A stretch of 64,000 nt of DNA. Source: an uncultured bacterium. GTDB lineage: Bacteria > Desulfobacterota > Binatia > HRBIN30 > CADEER01. Below the pieces are notes generated by a model. It was not told the origin of the DNA. It saw only the letters and a list, made by a program, of their open reading frames with translations, and made no database searches. This document shows positions 10,079 to 18,888 of the stretch, piece after piece; position 1 is the stretch's first letter, and every line of letters begins with the position of its first letter. The stretch spans positions 445,783 through 509,782 of the forward strand of contig CAVWTK010000004.1 in NCBI GenBank assembly GCA_963757755.1. Reading direction: 5' to 3'. The translations under genes and the position numbers were made by a program.

Positions 10079-10860
10079 CTAGTCGATCCGCTCGACCGCG
10101 TTCGCGGGCAGCCAGCCGCGACGGCCGTCGGAGCGGGCGACGAGCAGCCAGCCGTCGCGCTCCTCGTGCACGGACACGTCGACGCCGGGGGTGACAACGA
10201 AGTGCTCGGTGCCGTTCGCGGTCGGCTCGAAGCGCACTGGCGTGTCGCCCGACGCGACGACGACCGCGGCGCCACTGGTCTCGACCGCCGTCACGCGCAC
10301 GGCCAGGCTGACGCCGACGACGCCGGCCAGCAGCGCGACGATCGCGGCCGCGCGGCCCAGCGTCGCGCCGGCGCGCGGCCAGAGCAGGCGCGCCGTGAGA
10401 GCGCCCCAGAACAGCCACCACAACACGGCGAAGACGACCGCCAACTCCTCGACGCTCGCGCGGAAGGCGAACGGTGCGGCCAGGCGTTGCCAGATCGGCG
10501 CACCGGGCGCCTCGATGCTGGCGCGCTCGCGGGCGAACGCGAGGTTGGCGGCGACGTCGGGGTCGCGCGGCAACAGGCGGGCCGCCCGCTCGTAGTTGGC
10601 GATGGCGTGTCCGATGTCGCCGCGCTTGAGGTAGGCGTTGCCGAGGTTGAAGTCGAGCGCACCACTCTCCTGTCCGCCGGCGCGCGCCTGCTCGTAGGTG
10701 GCGATCGCGTCGTCGTACCGGCCGGCGGCGTAGGCCTGATTGCCCTGCAGGAAGCACGCCCTGCACCGGCTCGTCCGCGCGCCCGGCGCCGGCGAGCAAC
10801 ACGCGCACCGAGCAGGATGAGCGCGATCGCACCCAGGCGGCGCTCGAGACCGCGCTCGCG
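10079..10860 (-). CDS. BatE-like TPR + SH3-like domain protein (5' boundary with batD unresolved, at least one frameshift near 10750)
   Basis: FLQGNQAYAAGRYDDAIATYE...LDFNLGNAYLKRGDIGHAIANYERA (TPR), a TM segment, then a C-terminal ...HEERDGWLLVARSDGRRGWLPANAVERID (bacterial SH3-like). It is the last gene of the Bat operon. Confidence 0.6.
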
Positions 10861-12642
10861 CTCGAGCGCGGCGACGACGCGGTCGGCCGCGTCCCCGACG
10901 GCATCGCCGGTGCTGCCGGGGGCACCGGACGCGTAGCGTGCCTCCTCCGCCAGCGCGAAGAAGCGCGCCACCTCGGACTGGACGCCATCGGCCACGCCGC
11001 CGGCGCCGAGCCGCTGCAGCACGCGATCGCGCTCCACGGCTCCCGGCGGCAGGTCGAGCTTGGCGGCCAGGTAGCTCGTCACCGCGCCGCTGATCGCGTC
11101 GACGCGCTCGCGTCCATTCTGGGCGCGCGCGACGGCGAGTGCCCGTTGCGCGTCCCGTCCCGCGGCGCGAAAGCGCAGCAGCCGCGGGTCTCCGGCCAGT
11201 CGATCGCGCCGCCGCGCCCACGCCTGCAGGGCGGCAAACAACGCCACCGGCAACGCCAGCAGCACCAGCCATGCGCCGCGCGAGGCGCGCTCGCCGCGCG
11301 GCCGGACCGCGCCCGGAGCGTCCTTGATGTAGACGATGTCGTGTCCGAGTGGCGCCTCGGTGGCGGGCGTCGGCGCGACGGCGGGCGCGGAGTCGACGAC
11401 ACCCGCATGGCTCGGCGCCGCCGCCTGCACCTCGATCGGGATCGGGCCTTTGGTGATGGTCGTGTAGGCATGTGCGTCTGGATCGAAGAAGCTGAAGTGC
11501 AGGGCCGGAATCTCGTGGACATCGACCGAGTTCGGGATGATGACCTGCTCGAAGACCCGGTGCGCATCGTCGTCCTCGCCCTTCACCGGCTGGGCGTCGT
11601 AGCGGCGAAACGCGGTCCCCGTCGGCAGCTCGGGCGGTGTCACCGTCGCGAAGGTGCCCGTGCCGGTGATTTCCATGCGGAGCGTGATGGGATCGCCGAC
11701 CTGCAGCGACGTCGGCTTGGCGGTGAGGTCGAACTGATAGGTGCCGACGGCACCCCCGAAACCAGCGGGGCGGCCCTCCTCGGGGAGCGGCAGCACCGTG
11801 AGCGTCGTGGGTTCGGCCTGGACCTCCACCTGCTTCGCGTCGCCCGGCATCAGCTGATCGAAGAACGAATCGAAGCCGCCCCGGCGATTCGTCACGACCG
11901 AGACGTTCATCGTCGTCGTGAGCTCGATCGGCCCCGGGCGCACGGGGGTCAGTCGCGTCTTGAGCCGCACCGTGGTGTAACGCCGCCCGTTCACCACTTC
12001 AGTGCCCTGATCGGGCTGACCGAACTTCTCGACCGTCACTCCGTCGGCGTGGATGACCGGGAACTGGAGATCACGGACGCGGATGTCGCCGACATAGAGC
12101 GTCAGGGTGACCCCGACGCGCTCGCCGACGTAAGCCTCGGACCGCGTCGGTTGCACCACCAGGCGCAGGTCCTGGTTGCCGCCCGGTGCGACAGCCTGCG
12201 CCTGAGCGTGCGTACCCGACGGACGGACGCGCACGGCGATCGGCTTCGTCTCGTAGCGCTGGTCTTCGTAGCCGATCACGAACGGCCCGAGCGTGAACTG
12301 CCCCTCCTCGTCGGCGATCATCCGATAGCGGTGCGTGACCGATGCCGACGTATGCCCGTTGACGAATGACACCTGCGTGGACGGACCGATGTAGTCGGCG
12401 CGAAACCCCTTCACCGCGACGTTCGGCACGGGAACATTCTGGGCGCCGTCGACGACGATGCTCAGCAGGAATGGTTCGCCGACCGCGACGTCGGTGCTCT
12501 CCACCGAGGCACTCACCGTGATCGCGGGCGCCGCCGCGGCCCGCATCGGCACCGCCAGCGCGAGCAGCGCCGCGGCCGCCAGCAGTCCTTCCCATCGCCA
12601 TCCGCGCGCCGCCGCCCTGCCCCGCATCCCCATCGTCATCAC
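10861..12642 (-). CDS. BatD-like protein (oxygen-tolerance family); 3' end approximate
   Basis: Signal peptide, then repeated beta-sandwich-like segments (VAVGEPFLLSIVVDG, AYVGERVGVTLTLYV, LQVGDPITLRMEITGTG), a TM helix, and a helical tail. The start GTGATG overlaps the batC stop. As assembled, no in-frame stop occurs before the batE region. Confidence 0.7.
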
Positions 12643-13628
12643 CAGTCGCGCGACGGCTCGCTGCTGCCCGCCATGCCGGTGGGGCGATCGATGTCCATCG
12701 GGTTGAGCTCTTCGCCGCGCGCCGTGTCGATCACCGCCTGCGCCGCCTTCGCCTCCGGCGAATCCGGAGACTTGTCACCGGCGCTCCCGCCCGCCGCCTG
12801 CTGATCGGCGGGCTCGGCCGGCGCCTGCTGCCCCTCACCGGCCTGCTTCTGCTGGTCCTGCTGTTCCTGCTGGCCCTTGTCCGGCTGCTGCTCCGGCTTG
12901 TGCTCAGCCTGCTGCTGATCCTGTTGCTGCTGGTCCTGGCCCTTCTGCTGGTCCTGCTGATCGCCCTGCTCCTGCTGATCCTTCTGCTGATCCTGCTGCT
13001 TGTCCTGGTCCTGCTGCTGTTGGTCGTCCTGCTTCTGTTGATCCTGTTGATCCTGCTTCTGCTGGTCCTGGTCCTGCTGCTGGTCCTGTTTCTGTTGATC
13101 CTGATCCTGATCCTGCTTCTGTTTCTGCTCTTCGTCTTTCTTCTTCTGCTCGTCTTCCAGCTTCTTGCGCAGCTCGGCGAGCTTGCGGCTCACCAATTCG
13201 TGGTTGAACTTGGCGTCGGTGTCGGCCGGATCGGCGACCATGGCACGGCGATAGTCGACCAGCGCCTGCGTCCAGCTCTTGATGGTGGCCTGGGGGTTGG
13301 AGCTCTCGGAGCCGGCGCCGACCTGATACTGCGCGTTGCCAGCGTTGTAGGCCGCCGGGCCGACCCACTTCGGATCGCCGCTCGCCTCGACCTGCCCCAG
13401 CGCCTTGATCGCGTCGTCGTACTTGCCCTGCTTGTAGAGCGCGGTCGCGAGGTTGAATTCCAGCAGCGGCGACGCCGGCGCATCGATCAAGCCTTCGCCG
13501 TACTTGCTCGCCGCCTCATCGTACTTCCCGGCCGCGTAGAGCTGGTTGCCCTCGTCGGCGCGATCGGACGGCGGATCGAAGAATCCGAAGAGGAGCGGCA
13601 GACAGAGCGTGACCGCGGCCGCGCCCAT
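12639..13628 (-). CDS. BatC-like TPR protein with a long Gln/Asp/Lys-rich tail
   Basis: NQLYAAGKYDEAASKYGEGL...EFNLATALYKQGKYDDAIKAL (TPR), followed by a tail of about 110 aa made of QQDQ/KQDQ low-complexity sequence. The start at M 13628 is chosen after the hydrophobic leader. The ORF extends to 13703. Confidence 0.7.
   Translation of the reverse strand: MGAAAVTLCLPLLFGFFDPPSDRADEGNQLYAAGKYDEAASKYGEGLIDAPASPLLEFNLATALYKQGKYDDAIKALGQVEASGDPKWVGPAAYNAGNAQYQVGAGSESSNPQATIKSWTQALVDYRRAMVADPADTDAKFNHELVSRKLAELRKKLEDEQKKKDEEQKQKQDQDQDQQKQDQQQDQDQQKQDQQDQQKQDDQQQQDQDKQQDQQKDQQEQGDQQDQQKGQDQQQQDQQQAEHKPEQQPDKGQQEQQDQQKQAGEGQQAPAEPADQQAAGGSAGDKSPDSPEAKAAQAVIDTARGEELNPMDIDRPTGMAGSSEPSRDW
12840..13170 (-). 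repeat. Coding low-complexity CTG/CTT/ATC-rich tract (Q/D/K tail of BatC)
   Basis: Visible run of ctgctg/atcctg/ttgctg units on the + strand. It translates on the minus strand to ...KQDQDQDQQKQDQQQDQDQQKQDQQDQQKQDDQQQQDQDKQQDQQKDQQEQGDQQDQQKGQDQQQQDQQQ... Confidence 0.85.
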
Positions 13629-13629
13629 C

Positions 13630-14649
13630 TGCCGGCGGCGGCGAACGCCGGCGCGCACGCCGGCGACGCAACGGCACCAGCGCTTCGACGATGAGCACGA
13701 CAAAGGCGAGCCCCAACGGCACCTGGAAGCGTTCCTCGTACTGGCGCTGAAGGGCGCTCGCGACCTCGCGACGCTCCATGGGCGCGATGTGGTCGCGGAA
13801 GACCTGATCGAGGCCGAGGCTCGGCCCGATGCCGTGCACGTAAGCGCCGCCGGTGGCGAGCGCGATCTGCTTCAGCGTCTCTTCGTCCAGGCGCGACTTG
13901 ACCACCTGACCGCTGCGATCCTTCACGAACCCGTCGGCGCCGAGCGGCAACAGCTCGCCTTCGGGCGTACCGATGCCGATGGTGAAGATCTTCACGCCCT
14001 GCGCTTTGGCCCGCTCGCGCGGCGGCCTGCACGTCGCCCTCGTGGTCTTCGCCGTCGGTGATCAGGATCAACGCCTCGTACTTGCCCTCGCGCGCGTCGA
14101 ATCCCTCCAGGCTGGTGTCGATCGCGCGCGCCAGCGCCGTGCCGCCGCGCGGGATGATGCCGACCTCGACCGAGCGCACCGAGCGCTCGAACGCGGCGTA
14201 GTCGATCGTCAGCGGCGATTCGAGAAAGGCCGTGCCCGCGAACGGCGACCAGACCGATGCGGTCGCCCTGCAGCAGCGGCACGCAGGTCGAGCACCGCGA
14301 GCTTGGCGCGCTCCAGGCGGTTGGGCTTCACGTCTGTCGCCAGCATGCTGCGCGACGTGTCGATGGCGACGATGATGTCGATGCCCCTCGCGCTTCACCT
14401 GCTGCCAGTGGAAGCCCCACTTCGGTCCCGCCAGCGCGACGACGAGCAGCAGCAGCGCGGCCAACCGCAACGTCGTCCGCCAGCCCCAGCGGCGCCGATC
14501 GAGATCGGGCGTCAGGCGCGCGGCCAGCGGCGCCTCGGCGAAGTGCGCCAGCGCCGCGGCGCGGCGGCGCAGCAGCACGACGAGCAGCGCGCCGACGGCA
14601 AGCACGGCCGGGAGCAACCAGAAGATAGGCTGGGGTCGCGCCAGAGCAT
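13630..14649 (-). pseudogene. BatB-like VWA domain protein, frame broken several times as assembled (ends approximate)
   Basis: The pieces lie in three frames:
- N-terminal TM/leader (LPAVLAVGALLVVLLRRR...[14 protein letters not shown]).
- VWA core (...[17 protein letters not shown]......YEALILITDGEDHEGD).
- Distal part (KIFTIGIGTPEGELLP...GFVKDRSGQVVKSRLDEETLKQIALATGGAYV), then a TM segment.
The probable ATG is at 14649. Confidence 0.65.
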
Positions 14650-14695
14650 TCAGGACGTCCCCATGTCAGCCGCTTCCGACGCCGCCGAAGACGCG

Positions 14696-14791
14696 GAGAA
14701 GGCAAAACGGCAAAAGGCGAAAGGCAAACATCGAAAGTCCTCGCCCGCACATTTTGCCTTTCGACTTTGCCGTTCTGCCTTTTGCCTTCTC
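14696..14791. repeat. Composite hairpin element (a), arms built from GGCAAA(A)-type subrepeats
   Basis: The left arm GAGAAGGCAAAACGGCAAAAGGCGAAAGGCAAA (14696-14728) pairs with the right arm TTTTGCCTTTCGACTTTGCCGTTCTGCCTTTTGCCTTCTC (14752-14791) in blocks of 12, 7 and 11 bp separated by bulges. It fills the batA-batB spacer. Confidence 0.7.
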
Positions 14792-14801
14792 TCGGTCGCG
14801 A

Positions 14802-15799
14802 TCATGGAAGCACCCGCAACCACGTCTGCGCCAGCACCGCCTCGCCGATGAGCAGGAGCATCCCCGCCAAAACGGCAGCCAGACGTAGATCTCGTCGTAG
14901 TCGAGATACTGCAGCCCCTCCTGGGAGGTGGTCTCCAGTTTGTCGATCTCGTCGTAGATCTGACGCAGGGTCGCGGTATCGGTGGCGCGGAAGTAGCGAC
15001 CGCCGGTCGCTTCGGCGATGTGCTGGAGCGTCTCCTCGTCGACGTCGACCGGCATGCTGACGTAGACCTTGCGGCCGAACGGATCGACCTGCGGATACGG
15101 CGCGGTGCCGCGCGTGCCGGCGCCGATGGTGTAGACGCGGTAGCCGAGCGCCTTGGCACTCTCGGCGGCGGTCATCGGCGGGACCTTGCCGGCGTTGCTC
15201 TGCCCGTCGGTGAGCAGGATGACGATCTTGCTCTTCGCCTCCGAGCTCTCCAGGCGGCCGACCGCGGTCGCCAGCGCGGAGCCGACCGCGGTGCCGTCCT
15301 CGATCATGCCGATGCGGGCGCGGTCGAGGTTGGCTGAGCAGCCAGCCGTGGTCGAGCGTCAGCGGCGCCTGCGTGTAGGGGCGCGCCGCGAAGAGCACCA
15401 GGCCGACGCGATCGTTGGGGCGCTTGTCGAGAAACTCGCGCACGACTGGCTTCACCGCTTCGAGCCGGTTGGCGCGCGTCGCCATCGAGCTGAAAGTCCT
15501 CCGCCAGCATGCTGCTCGACAGGTCGACCGCCAGCATGATGTCGATGCCCTCGGCGCGGACCTGCGTCGCGGCCTTGCCGAGCTGCGGCCGTGCGAGCGC
15601 GAGGATCAACAGACCCAGCGCCGCGACGCGCAGCGCCGGAAGCAGCCAACGCCAATGCGCCCGCCGCCCGCGGACCGACGGCGCGCACCGCCTCCATGAC
15701 CGGGAACGGAAGCGTCGGCGGAGCGTTGCGCCGCCGGCCGCGCGTCAGGAACGGCAGCAGCACGAGGAGCAGCAGCGCCCACGGATCATGCAGCTGCAC
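14802..15799 (-). pseudogene. BatA-like VWA domain protein, frame broken several times as assembled
   Basis: Fragments read as follows:
- (V)QLHDPWALLLLVLLPFL.
- ILALARPQ...GIDIMLAVDLSSSMLAEDF.
- NRLEAVKPVVREFLDKRPNDRVGLVLFAARPYTQAPLTLDHGWL.
- MIEDGTAVGSALATAV..L...AKSKIVILLTDGQSNAG...YTIGAG.
- A C-terminal TM segment ...LAGMLLLIGEAVLAQTWLRVLP with its stop at 14802. Confidence 0.7.
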
Positions 15800-16753
15800 G
15801 CGGCACCTCCTCCGGGGCGGTCGAATGCGACGAACTCGCGCGCCGGCGTCGATGGGCGCGCTCGGCATCCGAGGGCGCCGGATGGTGGCGCGCGAACTTC
15901 ACCAGGTCGGCTTCGCCGAGGAACTGGCCGAGCAGCGACGCGGTGCGCCGGCGCGAGCTGCGGCGTCGCGCTGCGCCGCCTGGAGGAACTCCTCGGTCGT
16001 CATCTCCGGCGCGCGCAGGCGGAAGCGCGCTTCGAGGTACTCGCGCACGATCGACGAGAGGCGCACGTAGAATTCCTCGTGGCGACCCTGCCTCGATCAG
16101 ATGCGCCGGCGCTGCAAGCTTGCGCCAGCGCCTCGAGGGCCAACCTCGTGCGCCGGGCGCGCCGGCACCAGCACGCCCGCCCGCGGCGCGCGTGAACCAG
16201 CGCATCAGCAGCAGGGCGATCGCCGACCAGCAATCAGCGCCGCCGGCGACGATCCACAGCAGCGGCGTGTAGTCGCGCGGCACGCGCCACCGGACCCTTG
16301 ATGTCGCGCACGTCGCTCGGCGGCGTCGCGCCGGCCGCGTCCACAGGCTCTGCACGAACACCAGGGCATCCGGCACGCGCGCGATCTCCCAGTCGCCGCC
16401 GGCGACGCGGTAGCTGGACGCTCGGCCCCGGCACGTTCTGGTTGCCGGTGAAGTAGGTCACGAGCGTGGTACCACCGTTGCACGACGGTCGTACCGCCGT
16501 CCTCGCGATTCGGCTCCTGCGCCGAAGTCCGCGACCTGGAAGTCGCCGATCTGGCGCCGATCTGCGGCATCTCGACCTCGACCCCGGTGGGGGCCGTCAC
16601 TTCGATCGTGTAGCGGAACGGTGTGCCGATGGTCAGCGGCCGCGATTCGACGGTCGCCTTGGCGGTGACCGGCGCCGGCGCATCCTCCTGCGCCCACGCC
16701 GTGGACGCGGCCACCAGCAGGAGCACCAGCGCCGCGTGGAACCCCGTGCGCAT
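15786..16753 (-). pseudogene. Signal-peptide protein with BatD-like N-terminal segment and DUF4381-like C-terminus, frame broken several times
   Basis: MRTGFHAALVLLLVAASTAWAQ...LTIGTPFRYTIEVTAPTGVEVEMPQIG, then pieces in other frames (DFQVADFGA, TYFTGNQNVPGPSVQ, a TM LLWIVAGGA..AIALLL), and finally ...LLGQFLGEADLVKFARHHP, the motif I associate with DUF4381. It overlaps the batA start. Confidence 0.45.
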
Positions 16754-16756
16754 GCG

Positions 16757-17634
16757 TCACCGCCGCTTCTCCCGCCGACGGAAGAACCGCAGCAGCGCCG
16801 TCGCGTAGGGCTGATCCGTGCGCACGGTGACGGCATCGACATCGAGGCTGCGCAGGAAGCGGTCGCGATCGTTGCGCGCCGCCGACTGCCGTCGCGCGAA
16901 CTCGGCCCGCAGGCGCGGATCCCCGGTATCGACGATGCATCGCTCGCCGCTCTCGCTGTCCTCCAGCGCGACGAGGCCGATGTCCGGCAAGGTCGTGCTC
17001 GCGCGGATCCTCGAGCACGACGGCGATGAGGTCGTGACGGCGATTGGCGACCCGCAGGGGGCGGCGCAGCTCCGGCGCGAGGAAGTCGGAGAGCATGAAC
17101 GCGACGCTGCGCCGGCGCACGACCTTCTCGAGATGGTCGAGCGCCAGCGGGATGTCGGTGCCCCGCCCCTTCGGCACGTGGTTGAGGATCTCGCGGATGA
17201 CGCGCAGGACGTGGCGCGTCGCCCTTGCGCGGCGGGACCGCCAGCTCGATGCGGTCGGTGAAGATGACGAGCCCGACCTTGTCGTTGTTGGTGATCGCCG
17301 AGAACGCCAGCAGCGCCGCGATCTCGGCGGCCAGCTCCTGCTTGAACTGGCGCACCGACCCGAAGCGCGTCGAGCCGCTGGCGTCGACGAGCAGCATCAC
17401 CGTCAGCTCGCGCTCCTCGGTGAAGCGCTTGACGTACGGCTCACCGGTGCGCGCCGTGACGTTCCAATCGATCGTGCGCACCTCGTCGCCGGGCTGATAC
17501 TGGCGCACCTCGGCGAACTCCATGCCGCGCCCCTTGAAGACGCTGTGGTATTCGCCGCCAAACAGGTCGCTGACCAGATGGCTGGTGCGGATCTGGATCT
17601 TGCGGACCGCCTTGAGCTGTTCGCGGGTCAGCAT
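16757..17634 (-). pseudogene. DUF58 domain protein (MoxR-associated), frame broken at least twice
   Basis: LFGGEYHSVFKGRGMEFAEVRQYQPGDEVRTIDWNVTARTGEPYVKRFTEERELTVMLLVDASGS... continues in other frames (GTDIPLALDHLEKVVRRRSVAFMLSDFL; DIGLVALEDSESGERCIVDTGDPRLRAEF...FFRRREKRR). Confidence 0.75.
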
Positions 17635-17683
17635 GGAACGGATGGATCAAGGACCCCGAGATGAACGATGGAGCGATGAAACA

Positions 17684-17750
17684 CGAAAGAGGAACACCCG
17701 AAGGACATCGCCCGTCTCCGATCCTTCGTCCTTCGCCCTTTCGTCCTTCG
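17684..17750. repeat. Composite hairpin element (b), arms built from CGAAGGA/TCCTTCG subrepeats (imperfect)
   Basis: Left arm CGAAAGAGGAACACCCGAAGGA (17684-17705), loop CATCGCCCGTCTCCGA, right arm TCCTTCGTCCTTCGCCCTTTCGTCCTTCG (17722-17750). It fills the moxR-DUF58 spacer. Confidence 0.5.
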
Positions 17751-17759
17751 ACCGTCTTC

Positions 17760-18749
17760 CTACGGCACCGGCACGCCGTCGAAGATGCGCTGGATGATCG
17801 CGTCGGAGGTCAGCTCTTCGGCCTCCGCCTCATACGAGATCGTCACGCGATGGCGGAGCACGTCGGCGCCGATCGACTTCACGTCCTGGGGCGTGACGTA
17901 GCCGCGGCCGTTCAGGAAGGCGTACGCCTTCGCGGCGAGGGTGAGGTAGAGCGTGGCGCGCGGTGAGGCGCCGTACTGAATGTACGGCGCGAGATCGAGC
18001 TTGAAGGCCTGCGGCTCGCGCGTCGCCATGACGAGGTCGATGACGTACTCCTTCACCTTGTCGTCGAGGTAGATCGCGTCGACGAGGCCGCGCATGCGGA
18101 CGATGTCGGCGACGCTGGTCACCGGGTTGACGCGCGTGTCCGGGTTGGTCAGCGCCATGCGGTCGAGGATCTGGCGCTCCTCCTCGCGCGACGGGTAGCC
18201 GACCGACAACTTGAGCATGAAGCGGTCGACCTGCGCCTCGGGCAGCGGGTACGTGCCCTCCTGCTCGATCGGATTCTGGGTGGCGAGCACCAGGAACGGC
18301 ATCGGCAGCGGAAAGGTCTCGTCGCCGATCGTCACCTGGCGCTCCTGCATCGCCTCGAGCAGCGCGCTCTGCACCTTGGCCGGCGCGCGGTTGATCTCGT
18401 CGGCGAGGATCAGGTTGGCGAAGATCGGCCCCCGCCGGGTCGTGAAGACTCCCTCGCGCGGGTTGTAGATCAGCGTGCCGATGAGGTCGGCGGGCAGCAG
18501 GTCGGGCGTGAACTGGATGCGGTGAAAGCTGGCGTCCACGGCCTGCGCCAGCGTCTTCACCGACAGGGTCTTGGCCAGCCCCGGAACGCCCTCGAGCAGG
18601 ATGTGGCCGTTGGCCAGCAAGCCGATCAGCAGGCGGTCGACCACATACCGCTGGCCGACGACGACTTTCGCGATTTCCTCGCGCAGCCCGTAGACGAACC
18701 CTGAGGCGTCCTGCACCTGCGCGGCGATCGATTGTACGTCTCTGTCCAT
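17760..18749 (-). CDS. moxR: MoxR-family AAA+ ATPase
   Basis: 329 aa. VVGQRYVVDRLLIGLLANGHILLEGVPGLAKT (Walker A), LILADEINRA (Walker B), and the QNPIEQEGTYPLPEAQVDRF sensor region. GGAG lies 7 nt upstream of the ATG. Confidence 0.92.
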   Translation of the reverse strand: MDRDVQSIAAQVQDASGFVYGLREEIAKVVVGQRYVVDRLLIGLLANGHILLEGVPGLAKTLSVKTLAQAVDASFHRIQFTPDLLPADLIGTLIYNPREGVFTTRRGPIFANLILADEINRAPAKVQSALLEAMQERQVTIGDETFPLPMPFLVLATQNPIEQEGTYPLPEAQVDRFMLKLSVGYPSREEERQILDRMALTNPDTRVNPVTSVADIVRMRGLVDAIYLDDKVKEYVIDLVMATREPQAFKLDLAPYIQYGASPRATLYLTLAAKAYAFLNGRGYVTPQDVKSIGADVLRHRVTISYEAEAEELTSDAIIQRIFDGVPVP

Positions 18750-18888
18750 GTCCGCTCCGTTGGTTTCAACCGAATAGCTTTGCCGACGGCGATTGAGGGG
18801 GTCAAGTCACGCCGACGGGCGGCCGCACCGCCGACGCCATCGCGCGGAGACCCGGGGGCCGGAATCGGGGTTGACCAGGGGCGAGCGG

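Noticed and set aside
12900-13694. 264-aa poly-Leu 'membrane protein' ORF on the plus strand
   Set aside because: It is the antisense of the Q/D/K low-complexity tail of BatC (CAG/CAA read backwards as CTG/TTG). It is not a real TM protein.
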